Of a stretch of DNA of 63,905 nt, positions 24,577 through 37,689 are shown piece after piece (within the stretch, counting starts at the first letter, position 1; every line of letters begins with the position of its first letter). This DNA comes from Rhina ancylostomus (taxonomy: Eukaryota), in NCBI GenBank assembly GCA_030265395.1, contig JARFYF010000061.1:18950002-19013906 (forward strand). The letters are read 5' to 3'. Position numbers and translations under genes: made by a program. The notes beneath the pieces are model-generated. The model was not told the DNA's origin. It worked only from the letters and a program-made list of their open reading frames with translations, and did not search any database.

Positions 24577-27500
24577 GTTAATTTACAAGCATATAATGGG
24601 AATAAGACCCAGAGGGATGACAGCCTGATCTCCACTATGGCTACAGTGCCATCTACCCAGCACCTAGAAAACTGCAGCATCGGCTCCCTGCAGCCAACTC
24701 TGAAGCTTTCGCATTTGAAGGATATATTAAAAAAATGTGAGGTCGGTTACCAATTTAGGTCATTTTAGTATAATACTGGCAGCTGGTGCTATCACATTTT
24801 TAACCACATATTTCAATGACAATAGAAACAAAGTTTTAAGTTGCACAACAATCAGTTCAGTGCTGTACATGTGGGATAATAGATAGCTGGCAGTGACTAA
24901 CAAGGTTGTAATTCAATCCAGTAGCTGTGACATCATAAACCATGAGAGGGAAAGTTCTGCTGTTCCTGGACATTCAAAACACTCCAGTTTGAATTATAAC
25001 CTTTGAACTGACTGTCCACTGAACTGTTCTTTTTAAAGAAATCTACTTTGCTTTTGCTGGAGACACGTGCAAGATAAGAAGTAGCGTGAAATAGGTGAAA
25101 GGGTAATGACGCAGGCAGTGATTAGGGCCTGAAGGAATTGACTGCTGTTCGTCAGGCATTGCAGTATTACTATGGATCACTGCTAACCAAACTTTTTTTT
25201 CGGAGATATCCATAGAATAAAAGTCTCTGCTGGCTTTATTTTCATTCTTATTTGCAAAGGACTATGAAATAAAAATCCTAAAGCAGTAACAGTTTATGAA
25301 TTGATTGTGAGCAATTGATTACTTAAGTGTATGTTTTTATCCATGCCTGATTTTATGTTCTCCACTGGAAGGATTTTGTACTGAAATTACATAATACAGG
25401 TTTATCTCAAACTGCAGTATTTTGAATTAATCCTCTTCAAAAGCTCAGTAACGATGGTGCATTATTTTGAAACATATTTGAAGCCTTTTCTCTGTCCATA
25501 AATATACAATAACTGAAAATCCATGCCGCATGATCAGAGGTAGAAGTTATTACTATTTTTCTAAAACATAGAAATAGTGGACCCTATTCAGAACACTGCC
25601 CTTGGATTCCATGGATTAAAAATATTATGGGGATTGTTTAATATATATTTGTTCTGAAGGCTGTAACCCACAATAAAAGATTGTGGTATAATAAAGAGCC
25701 ATCTTAGTACATCTATTATTGTTAAATATTATTTTCATACTCTGGAGAAACTTAAGATTAATTTTGTTTTTATTAATATTGTACAATTTTTGCAAGGCAG
25801 ACTTCTTCCTGAATTTCTGATACAGGTTTCCACGTGCTAATGCCATTTTTGTTAATGCTGTGGGAACAGTAAAGCCGTATCAAACATTTACTTTTGATCT
25901 ACTACATTGTATGTTAAAGGTAGATGAGGTATAACTAAAAGAAGGAAGAAATAGTTTTAAGGAGATCCTGTCAGCTTTACCTACCTGGTACAAGGCAAAT
26001 GAAATCAAATCAATTTTACCTCTGCAGACTTCAGAAATCTGAGATTGCCAATAGAATTAAGGAGCTATTGTTCCATTCTGCCAAAAACCATAAAACAGAT
26101 AGATGTTGACGGGAGGTCAAAGCTTTTTTTCTCATATGTTTGGCTGTACGCAGACACAGAACAGTGAGTGTTGGTGGATCAGTTTTAAGAAAAGAATTGT
26201 TAACATAACCTTTCCAAATTTCCTTTTTCTGAGAGATACAGAGTGAAGAAAATTCACATCTCATTTTTTTTTCCTTTCTTTGCGTTGTAGCAGATTTTAA
26301 CAACCACTTCTATAGTTTTTCAGATAAGTTAATACCTTTTGTGAGGAGCAGCTTCATACTGAAGAATATGTTTACCATTTATAAATTGTAATGGGGAAGA
26401 AATTATGCCAGAACAAATATTCGTTCTGCATGAAAATACCAATTCGCAGTTCTGATTATCACATACTTTGTTTATGAGTATTTATATTTATGTGTTTAAC
26501 AGGCTGGCGTCTTCTTTAAATTTATTATGAATCCTATTGATTAAGTAATTCTATTTCTTCTTAATATTGGTAGTATTATCTGAATAATAAAAATTCTGCA
26601 TCAAGCATACTGTTTTCATGATATAATTACAACCCCAGCTCTGAGTATCTGTGAGATATACCATTCTACCATCATTCAGTTGTAGCCATATTAATTTCTT
26701 GTTCTTTCTGCAATAGTCCTACAGTGGAATTCAAAGGCACTAAAGCGTAAAGTGAGAGCAGAAGGATATTCACATAAACTTAGTCCAACTGCATAAGTTT
26801 ATTAAACACCTGAGGGTCTGTGGCAGACTTAATTAGTGCTAATGTGTAACCTATTCACAGTAACATTTAACAAACTTTTCAGAAATGTATACTCAGAAGT
26901 GATTAAGCATAAGTACTTGTGATATTTCATTAGGTTTAACTAGGTAACACTTACCTGTGACTTACTACAGTTGTTTTCAGCTGTCAGTTTCATTTTAGCA
27001 AGCTAATTTGATAACCTGACGTATAAAGGAGAACTAAAATGTCTTCACAATCTCACCTTCAGGAAAAATTAAACACAATGGATAAAAATAAGGCTTCTGT
27101 GGGAAGTTCAAATATAGAAATAAAACAGACATTCTACATCACTGGCTATTTTTCTAAAGATTTTCGTGCAAATGTTATTTAGAATAATTATTTATTTTAT
27201 TTCTCTCATTGGGTTAAATATCACTTCTTGTTGTATTTGAAATGGACCATTGCAAGTAATTGAAAGCCCTCTTCAACACATGGATCCTTCCTTTAGAGAT
27301 TCTTAACTGCTCACTCTTGGTTAATGTAGAGAAGTGAATTTAGCCAGGCAGTAAGGATTAGAATACTCAATATTCATTTAAACAATTTAATTTAAAGACC
27401 ACAATTAAATATCCCCACCTCCCCGCACTTCCTAGAGAAATATATTGTGCTCTAAACTGCCAAGTGGTTCAGTTAACAAAGAGTTCAAATCACCTTCCTC

Positions 27501-30218
27501 CTCCTGTCCCTTTGTGGCCTCTACAAAATAAAGTCCGCCCACATGGGAAGGACTGCTAAGTTGTAATTTCGTATCATTAAGAATGTGGCACCAGTGGGCC
27601 TGCTGTGTGCGATCACACTGCAGACGAGTGAGTGCTTTAGATCCCTTCGATGGAGAAGGGAGGCTGGGCTGTCAAACCAACTCTCCTGTGAAAGTGTTCC
27701 ACTGAGAGCACAGTCAGTAATAGAAAGAGCTTTGAATGTTAAAGTGGCAGCACATTCTGAAAGATTTGTGGTTGTTATTATGTTCAAACATTTACATCTG
27801 CACAGTATCGTCAGCATTCGTTGAGTCTCTCTGCCTTCAAGGAAATTCAATTGGCTTTGTTATAAAAAAATGAGTTGGCTGTTTGAAAGAAGTTTGAGTA
27901 GAAAAAATGGTGTCCCCTTCACCCTAACTTGCTTCTTGCCGCAGAAGCTGCGCCTGGTAAACGGGTAGCAGCTTGTTAAACAGAAGGCTGAGGATTTTTT
28001 GTGTTTTATGCTACTGACATTCAATGCAGCATAAAATGTGAGAAGATAGCATGAGATAGAAAGCAGTGCTGGAGAGAAAGAACACCCGTGCACTTCCAGG
28101 GAATAATTAAGAAGAAGAAAATAAAGAACCTAAACCAGTGACCCTTATCGGCAATGAAAAGCTGAAGATTATAAAGTGTTTCATGCTAATTTCCATGGAG
28201 ATTTCTTTAATTTATTGAAAATTACTTTCTTCTGCTTTGATTTGTCCAAATGGCTGCCCCTCGCAGGTTTGATCGGGGTGGTCTTGCCCGTCACACCACG
28301 CCAACTGCAATCCCACTCTGCCCCCTCACTGGGCCAAGGCGTCATGAGATTACTCAAGCAGCTCTGACATCTTTATCAGCTGCACCACCACTGTGGCCCT
28401 TCTTTCTTCTTTGGTGGAATAATACATGGACTTTTGTCACATGACACCTTCATCAGGGGAAAGGGGTGGTGTTCGGAATGGTGGTGTGTGGAGGGGGGTT
28501 GGGTGATGGCGAGTCTGAGCCTAAGCACTTCACCGTTCACTCTGATCCCTTCTGCCTGGTTCACACCGCTATCTGCTGCATCAAAGGAGATCTGAGGGTC
28601 AGCGAGCTACAGTCACCTAATATAAAGTCGTCAGCTTATGCTAAAACAGGTTGCCCATGAAAAATCAATTCTGTATTGATCTAGGTATCCATATCTTTGT
28701 TATCCTATAAGACAGAATTGATAATTTTTCCATTAATGAACTGGACCAAAAAAAAGGTTATTTGGGGACCTGTTTCATCTTCTCATAATATTGTCAACTT
28801 TCACTGTATCACTGTTCTGTTGATAAATTCCTGGACATCCAGTGAATGAGCTATTAAAATATAGTGCACCTCCTCCTTAATGGTATCAGCTTCAGTGATC
28901 TGCAGCTGAAGTTTATTGTTTAATTATATTCTGCATTAAAGTAAATCTTATTCTGAGTAGATAGAGCTACTTGTCCCTCTCTGTCAGTATATGGCAAGGT
29001 ACTTATATGATGTTGGAAAAAAATAATCACCAAATCAAAATAGAATTTGTGAGCATTTTTTCACTGTGGTTTACAAATGTGTTAATCCAACAACGTAATG
29101 CTGGACAGTTCCAGCCACAGTGATTGGTTTTCTGATAATTTCATCAACTGTATTAGAAAATGCAATTTTGCTGCAAACATTTGCACCATGGGTGTTTGGT
29201 CCTGCGTTGTAAAACCCCCTGCAGAATTCACACATAGCTCATTATTCAGTCATACAAAGGGGAGTGACGTTTAAATTGGCACAATTGAAAGATTTTGTTT
29301 TAACCAGATAGTTGTGGGGGAGAATTTTCTCTTTAAGACTTAGACATAAGGTACTGTATGAATGGAACAGTGGCAAATTGGGCTGATGATGCAGCTGGCC
29401 TGATTTTTATCTGTTCATTAAATGGACAGAAAATCAGGCAGGCAACATTACTGAACTGCGACCCTTACCTTCTGATTTTCCTCTATGCACACAACCCGTG
29501 CTATGCTTCAAATCTCTGTACAAAAGAGACCAATCTGCTCTTGTATTTGTAACTATAAATGTACCAAACTAATTCTGTTCTGCTGTCATTGGGAGTGAAA
29601 TAAAAAAAAATTCTGTGGCAGACACTGAATATGAGCATGCTAATGGAATGGGATGGGTCAGTGGGATCACTCCACTCAGCTCTGAATCAGCGTGCAGGGA
29701 CACCTTTGATACGGGAGGGATGATTAAAGAAGGGTGCTCAAAAGCAAACATCACGTTATGTAGTTTCTGTTGGGAGCAGGTTAGGCAGCTGCCTTCCTGA
29801 CTGTAGTGTGTCAAACCCAAGTGCATAAATTACATGTGGCAAAATTCAATTAAAATAAAAGAAGTTGCAACTTTTTTTTGAAAAAGTAATTAAACAAGAG
29901 GCATGGCTAGTTCAAGAGCAAATGGAGTCCAGGAGATAATTGGCTTTTGCTAACTAGTATTAAACAGGTGGAAGAGTATCGGTCACTAATTGTCCTTGCC
30001 TGCATATTTGGTTTTATTGAATGTGTAGAGGTGAGCATGGCCAAGGGATATGTTCCATCCCTTTACCTGCAGCAACCTCAGGTGGATTCAACCATCATTT
30101 AATTTAAAAGAAAGCTTGCTAAAATTATGTTCAGGTTGCAAAGACCAGCATTGAAATTCTGATGTGTAGCTTAAAACACAGCATGGTGGTTAACCTATGT
30201 AATGTGGAATTTCCAGGC

Positions 30219-30221
<3 letters not shown>

Positions 30222-30283
<62 letters not shown>
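30222..30283 (+). repeat. (GT)31 microsatellite
   Basis: Perfect dinucleotide run. Confidence 0.98.
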
Positions 30284-30286
<3 letters not shown>

Positions 30287-31814
30287 GCTATTAATCAGAT
30301 CTGGCCTTGTTCAGTACCACATGGGCTCACCCAGCCCCAATCCTCAGACTACCCAGGTAGCGCTGCAGTTGTTGTATAACATCACAATTTCTTAAAAGCC
30401 ATGGTAGCAATAACAAGAAAGACAGAATGTAGTAAAAATTGGATCTACTCGGAAAAGTATCAGTGCCTATCTTCGTTTTATTTCTCCATATATTTAATTG
30501 AACTTTACCCAGGTTTTGAGTCTGATTTAAGCAAGTGCTGGATGCATTTTTAAAACAGGGACAATGGATTCATCAAGTATTTTTTAACAGCACATTATAT
30601 AAATATTTGCTTAGTATGTGTGATTATGAAATTATTTTTGACATTGGATATATGACATATATAAATCTGGTCAAATTCTGCTTTAAAGAATTATGGTTGA
30701 GCACAATAAACGATTACCATAAAAGTATTTATGAGAGCTTCACAGCCCTTTAAAGCAAAACTAATGTTTACAAAGAAACTGTTTCTAACACTCAAATGTG
30801 TGTCCATAAATGTGGTAATTTGTATAAAATAAAAAACTCAAAATTTTAAAGGTGTTACAGGCAAAATCGACTTATTAGGAATTTTACAATAATGTTTCCA
30901 CAGCAATGCATTCTGTAATATTATCAGCGATAATATAGTAGTTGTCTTAAAACATCTTATTTTCAGTGTATTATATGTTACTCTTATTCATCCTGCATAA
31001 ATGATAAATCATGCAACTTCTTATGTTTGGATTGTACTGCAGCCTTTCACATGAATTATTGCTCACAGAATGTTTATATAAAGTGAGGGGGTATTGCCAC
31101 TAAACCAGTGTGGGCCACTGTGGACAAATATTACACTTCTGTTTTATTGCAAAACACCTACTATTTTTTTCCCAGAGAAAAACTTAATCCTGTAGGACCA
31201 AACTGAACCTACACTCAGATGTAATTAGAATGCAATATTAATTTAATTGTACTTTGATGTCAGTAAACATCAGATAATCAAATAATGTCTTAAGTTAACC
31301 ATTTGTGGACTTTGATCAAATTATTGCATCAAAGGCAATGAAGAATAACAGAAATAAAATTATCTTATTTTACCCGTGTTATTAATCGATAATATTTTTA
31401 TGTTTGAAGTTCATTAAACATTTTAAAGCAATTGTAGTGAGTGAAAGACCTAATATGAAGGTGAATATTATACTTAAATGTTTGAAATATCATTGAAAAA
31501 TGATTTAATAAACTCCAAGCAAAGCTACAACATCTTATTATGGTAAAGATATAATTAATTTCTAACTAGTTACAGAACATTTACAAAACTATTTGGCTGT
31601 TATGACACTGCATTTTATTTGATTGGTTAATTGAATAGTTCTCCACTGGTCTATATTCTGAAAGGGGACACTAAGGTATATGGACACAATATGAACAAAG
31701 ACAAAGAAGCATAATGGGTTTCCAATTGCCAATTTAAGTCATTTGGTCTCATTCTATCAGAGATATTTCCTTTGTTCTAGCCATATCTTCCTCACATTCT
31801 GTTCAAAAGAAACT

Positions 31815-31935
31815 TGTTTTCTCTCTTTCCCTGTCTGATGAAGGGTCCCTGACTTGAAACTTTAACTGGTTCTCTTCCCACAGATGCTGACTGACCTATT
31901 GAGTGTTTCCAGCATTTACTGTTTTTATTTCAGAA
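31815..31935 (+). mobile_element. Penelope-like terminal repeat with hammerhead core
   Basis: CTGATGA 31835-31841, GAAAC 31856-31860, then cccacagatgctgactgacctattgagtgtttccagcatttactgtttttatttcaga. Confidence 0.75.
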
Positions 31936-32030
31936 ATATGGAGTTAAACCCAAAGATCGGATCAGCCATGATCTCAGTGAATGGCAAAGAAGACTCAAAG
32001 GAGTTCATGCTTATTATCCCTCCAATGTCT
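31936..32030 (+). mobile_element. CR1 3' tail remnant
   Basis: gatcagccatgatctcagtgaatggcaaagaagactcaaagg resembles the CR1 tail also seen near 14360-14410. Confidence 0.55.
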
Positions 32031-34279
32031 AAAGTGGTTAGATATTACAGGGATTGGCTTTAGTGGTTAAAATATCTGATGGTTTGGAGCAACACAATGA
32101 TTTCATTGTTCCATACAAAGAAAAATGTGCTCAATATGTTTTCCATTTTAAGTTAGCTGTCTGCAATTATCATTGACATTGTCAGAACCATTTGTTTTCA
32201 TGGGTGGAATACCAGTAATCAGATTCCCAGGCACGATGAGGATCTTTAGCAATAAATTCCTGTACTATTGTCAGCCATCTCATTTCATATAGTGTGTAGC
32301 CTCAGCTCCAAATGCTTCTTTCAAAATGTGACATAAAAGTTTGAGTGCAATGTTTAAAACAGGTGCAAAAGCAAGTGTGATCACATGGAGATGGTGTCTA
32401 TTATGTCAAGTATATAGAAGCTGCAATAATCTTTACTAATACATATGGTATGACAGAAAGATGTACATGTTTGAATTGAGATACCCTGTGTCTAATGCAA
32501 TATTGCAAATAACATTATACAGAGTTAGTTCCAGTTGAATGGAATATTGTTACTGATGGAATTTGAATTACACAAATAGTCAGTTCTGTTTTCTCCGCTT
32601 AGTCAAACAGTTGCATTCAAATAGTTCTCTTCACCTGGAAGATCAAAGGTAAATTAATTGTCCCTAAAAAAGGGGGCAAGATTTGCTTTGTGTAGTGATT
32701 GCACTCCACAGCCATTGTAAACTATGCTTTGATTGGCTGGACACCTTATTAAGAGTCCAATATTGAGAATGACTAGCATCTGTTAAAGCTAGCTTGCAGT
32801 GCCAATAATAACCCTGCATTCCTTAGAGGGTGCATATATTGTGATTGTAGTAGGTGCCAACTACCATTCCACATCTGAATTTTAATTGGGAAATGGTGAA
32901 TAATGACACAACAGCACAAAAAGTTAGGTCCAAAGTTCTTAGATTCTCCAATGGACGTATAGTGAAGAAGGTACACATAGGGAGGGTGTTTTGTATTTGT
33001 AGGGAGTCAGAAGGCTGCTCAGGCACATACACTGGATGCACTGGGAGCAAGCACTTCTGGAACCCAGAATACTTGAGTGCCTTCCTGTGAGATTTTCCAT
33101 TATCTCATACAAGTCAGCAAAGGATTGTGAAAGTACCTTCAAATGCCACTCTTGCACCACCAACCACAGATGCTTCTCAATGCAATGTAGTCCCAACACA
33201 TATCTACCAACAATCTCCATCTGTCAGGTACCAGGCACATTCTCCAGCACAACCTGACACCCTTACAACAGTGGCAAGCCCTACACCTCACTGCCTCTTG
33301 CTCACAAACACTGCTGGTTATTCAACTAAGGCAGCTGCATCTTCCAAATGATGCAGGACAAGATGATGTTCAACCAGACATAGCAGATGCTAATCGAACA
33401 AGGACGTGCATGCGATAGCTTCCATGCAGAAGGCTCTGTTGTTTGCCATCACTGTGGAATAGAGATGGGACAGAAGCCAGCAAAGGTGACCATCCTTGCA
33501 GCTAACCCTCCTTCTAACACCCCAGTTCCTCCTTAACTAACATCTTCCCCTAATTGACTGAATGGAAATGACATAAACATCCACTTCTTAATTTCCACCT
33601 CCCCTACCCATGCCCCACCCCCCTTTTTGCCATTTGCCATTCTCTAGTTAGGTGTCCAAGATCTGCAAGCTGGCCAGGAAGTTTGTTTGGGGATTATAGA
33701 CAGTGATGACAAAGATGCACAAACACAATTCAGGCTCCAGCCGCCAGTTCATTTACTGACACCACGTAATTGCAGGGGAAAGACGGAAAGACTAAAGGTG
33801 GAATCCGCCTGTGATGAGACATGGATCATGTGTGATCTGTTGCCACAGGCGACATGCCCTTACTTTCATCAGTTGGAACATCTTGCTTCTGAAGTGATGT
33901 GCTTCTGCTGTGTGATTCCTGCAGCAAAGTTTCCAACAGACTCACATTTTACCTTCAGTCACATTCACATGACCCAGTCTTGAAGCTGGAGATCACTCCT
34001 GTTTTTCTTGCTATTCATTTACCATGCTTCTGCTAATACCATTCTAGCTGAAATTCCTTTCATTTTTAATGGCCATTCCCATAGTCACAGTTCTTCTGCA
34101 CACCATTTGAGTAGTAGATCTACTAATAAAGATCTTATCTTAATACCTTCAATAACTTGGACTAGATCCGCTTATCAGTTAGTCTACAAATATCTTATCT
34201 TGTGCCATGTGATCCAAGGATGTGCTGAAGTTGCAATGCCACAACAGATCTTTCGGAGCAACTACATCATCATTAATAG

Positions 34280-34900
34280 TCATCACTACCTCAAATGAAG
34301 GTGCACAATGGCCTACTGTTGAATGCAAGGATCATGATTACTGCTAGAACATTAGATGGTGACCTTTTTGATTCACTGCCCATGGACACCTGTTAGCTGT
34401 ATGCTGCAGAAGCACATTTTATTAAAACGCTAGTGTGGCCTAGAGTTGATAGCAGCCAGTGGTGCTCTCTGGCATGGAAAATCTGCCTGAATTGCAAGGC
34501 CATGTACTTACCTTGATCAGATAGTTTCAGGCAAGTGAGAATTAGATGACTTTGGCTGTCTTTGAACAGAGAGCTTTAGTGACATAACAATAAAAAACAA
34601 GCTGTGATATATTGCAAATATCCATAGACCCAGATTGAAAGAAGCTAGCTATGTAAAAAGAAGCTGTCATAGTCACCATGATAGCCACTGGCAATGCAAT
34701 TCTTGCCCTGCTCTGACATAACAGTTGTGGCTGCAGCAAATGGAAAACATCAGGGTTGATGACCTCATTGAGTTGAGACATTATAAATGCTGTTCCTTGC
34801 TAAAGTTCATGAAAAAGAATTGCTTCCTGAACACTGTTAAAATGACATGACCTTCTTCTTTCTCCCACTTCCAGCTCATCTTCATTCATCTCATCTACTG
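34280..34900 (-). pseudogene. PIF/Harbinger transposase fossil (N-terminal HTH region to HD motif)
   Basis: ORF 34542..34781(-) HLLQPQLLCQSRARIALPVAIMVT..SFYIASFFQSGSMDICNISQ resembles the HARBI1-type ALPV.VKVT.ALNFYA.GSFQ...D...ISQ; SSNHDPCI further downstream (GS.HD motif). Confidence 0.75.
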
Positions 34901-36747
34901 TACTCCATATAGAGTGCTAAATAATGTAACTGTGTTTGAGACTAATGCAACTGCCTCACAGTCAGCAAAACTCATAGGATTTAACCCTCCTGTGATCCGG
35001 AAATACTCCTACACTTATGGAACCACCAGTGGAAATAAATCAGCATCTAACCAGTATCATGTCTAAAGAGCAGTGCTGATATGCTGGTTTAGAGCTTTCT
35101 GCTGTTGTTTGTTGATCAGTTGTATAATGCTGAGAAGGCATTGCTGAACTGAGCAGCTCCAAAATGACAACACTGGCATCAATCAGAGTTGTGTATTATG
35201 ATCCATCTGTCCTGCATACCTTTGGCAGAATTTTAATGTACATACATTTGCTGTCTCTGGGTTGTGTCAGCAGCCTTCTGAATACGCACATGTGCCAAGG
35301 TTGCCATTTTGGAGTTCTCAGGCTTCTTGTGACAGCTTCTCAAGCCCAGTTACTCACTAGCAATGTTTGAAATTGAAATGAGCTAGATCGCAGTATGACT
35401 CAAACAGGATTTGGGATATGTTACTGTCAATCTATGTGGATTTCAAATCCACAGCAGAAGTTTGGCAAATCTGCCTTTGGTAAATGTAATCCTTCAGTGG
35501 GATATGATACTAATGGAGATCTGTTTATCTCTAATTGTGCAATAATCTTTGCCCATCCTTAGGTATAATGTACAAAAGTCAACTTTAACTATTTTTTGCA
35601 CTTCTTGTATTTTGCATTTATTTACAGGATGGGTCATTGTACCCTATCAATGCAGTCCATAACATGAGTGATATTCTTCCACCAAACAGCAGTAAGTTGT
35701 GGGAAGGAGTCACTGCACTTATACTTCAGGCAGGGATGCACTAAACACAATTGGCAGTTTCAGGATGGTCAAGTGTCTTCTAGATGCCAAGTTTCATTGG
35801 CACCTGTATGAATGCTGATCTTGCCAGAATCTATAAAGATGCACACACCATCTGGAAATGTGCTGTGTTTCAGATCTGTGATATTATGTTAGAACCAGAT
35901 CCAGATGAGGTATAACTATACCTTAACATCATTGACATTACATAATATTGCTTTAATGTAATTTAATACTGCTTGCTCTTTTTTAAACTGAACCTAAAGA
36001 CAATCTGCAAAGTACTTTTTTCCACTTTGACAGTTAAAAGTTTTGGATTTTGTACTTTTTTTTCTCTAAAAGGATAGTATTATCATTGGTCGCTATGAAT
36101 GTTTCAGATACTTTGAATTTCAGATGTGTTGTAAATCCTTCTGTTTGCTCTTTTGGCATGAAATCTGTTTGCAAAATAGGTCAGTGATCAAGACTGGTTG
36201 CACTACCATTACTACTACTGCCATGCCACAACCAAACCTACAAGTGCCACAAATATATTTTCACTTAATTTAAACATCCTCGCAAATGTTAATAACAATT
36301 CATTCATATTAATAAGCTAAATAAAGCAGTTCTTTTGCCTACAAAGTGTGGAGCCTAAAAGCTTTGACACTCTGTACATGTAGGCTATAAGTAGCATAAT
36401 AATAGTGGGGATATATATTGAGATGTTTCCCATAAGCTATTTCAAATTGATAAATATTTTAAGAGAAGACAGCAGGGTAATTGCAATAGTTCTGGACTGT
36501 TCTAATGAAGAACCAGCACAGATATGATGGATTCCTTATGTGCTATAAATTCATTTACTTGTTAGTTTATGTTTATATCTACAATTCTGATAGAAAACAA
36601 TCAGTTTGTTTTGGTCCCTTTGTTCACCATGTTCAACCTATCCTGAAGAATTAGTTCTTTTTGTAATATCTTCCAGAATTTTAGGATGAAGTATTTTAGT
36701 ATTGTAGGCTTTGCAACAACAGGGCAAAAAGTGCCAATCAAGTTGGA

Positions 36748-36854
36748 GACACAAGAGATTCTGCAGATGCTGGAATCTGGAGCAACACACACAAAATGCC
36801 AGAGGAACTCAGCAGATCAGGCAGCATCTATGGAGGGAAATAAACAGTCCAACG
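36748..36854 (-). mobile_element. Penelope-like terminal repeat arm, truncated by gap
   Basis: Close to the reverse complement of 20461-20559 (caagagattctgcagatgctggaatctggagcaacacacacaaaatgc...ggagggaaataaacagtc). Confidence 0.85.
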
Positions 36855-37689
36855 NNNNNNNNNNNNNNNNNNNNNNNNNNNNNNNNNNNNNNNNNNNNNN
36901 NNNNNNNNNNNNNNNNNNNNNNNNNNNNNNNNNNNNNNNNNNNNNNNNNNNNNNNNNNNNNNNNNNNNNNNNNNNNNNNNNNNNNNNNNNNNNNNNNNNN
37001 NNNNNNNNNNNNNNNNNNNNNNNNNNNNNNNNNNNNNNNNNNNNNNNNNNNNNNNNNNNNNNNNNNNNNNNNNNNNNNNNNNNNNNNNNNNNNNNNNNNN
37101 NNNNNNNNNNNNNNNNNNNNNNNNNNNNNNNNNNNNNNNNNNNNNNNNNNNNNNNNNNNNNNNNNNNNNNNNNNNNNNNNNNNNNNNNNNNNNNNNNNNN
37201 NNNNNNNNNNNNNNNNNNNNNNNNNNNNNNNNNNNNNNNNNNNNNNNNNNNNNNNNNNNNNNNNNNNNNNNNNNNNNNNNNNNNNNNNNNNNNNNNNNNN
37301 NNNNNNNNNNNNNNNNNNNNNNNNNNNNNNNNNNNNNNNNNNNNNNNNNNNNNNNNNNNNNNNNNNNNNNNNNNNNNNNNNNNNNNNNNNNNNNNNNNNN
37401 NNNNNNNNNNNNNNNNNNNNNNNNNNNNNNNNNNNNNNNNNNNNNNNNNNNNNNNNNNNNNNNNNNNNNNNNNNNNNNNNNNNNNNNNNNNNNNNNNNNN
37501 NNNNNNNNNNNNNNNNNNNNNNNNNNNNNNNNNNNNNNNNNNNNNNNNNNNNNNNNNNNNNNNNNNNNNNNNNNNNNNNNNNNNNNNNNNNNNNNNNNNN
37601 NNNNNNNNNNNNNNNNNNNNNNNNNNNNNNNNNNNNNNNNNNNNNNNNNNNNNNNNNNNNNNNNNNNNNNNNNNNNNNNNNNNNNNNNN

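Larger units (their letters stand above)
21400..31700. promoter_or_regulatory. TE-depleted non-coding block, putative cluster of conserved enhancers
   Basis: About 10 kb with no recognisable SINE/LINE copy versus dense repeats on both sides; many TAAT/TGAT/TGACAG motifs; no convincing ORF. Function inferred only. Confidence 0.5.

Noticed and set aside
24640-24665. CTCF-like motif (minus strand gggtagatggcactg)
   Set aside because: Only the right half matches; the conserved CC of the 5' half is missing.
28429-28460. Minus-strand CTGATGA-aggtgtcatgtgac-AAAA-gtc, hammerhead-like
   Set aside because: Lacks G12 of GAAA, stem II does not close next to the core, there is no stem I, and none of the family flanking sequence is present.
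25922-35918. Exact 16-mer agatgaggtataacta at 25922 and 35903, superficially let-7-like (tgaggta)
   Set aside because: No let-7 mature sequence or precursor hairpin; one such match is plausible by chance in 64 kb of AT-rich DNA.
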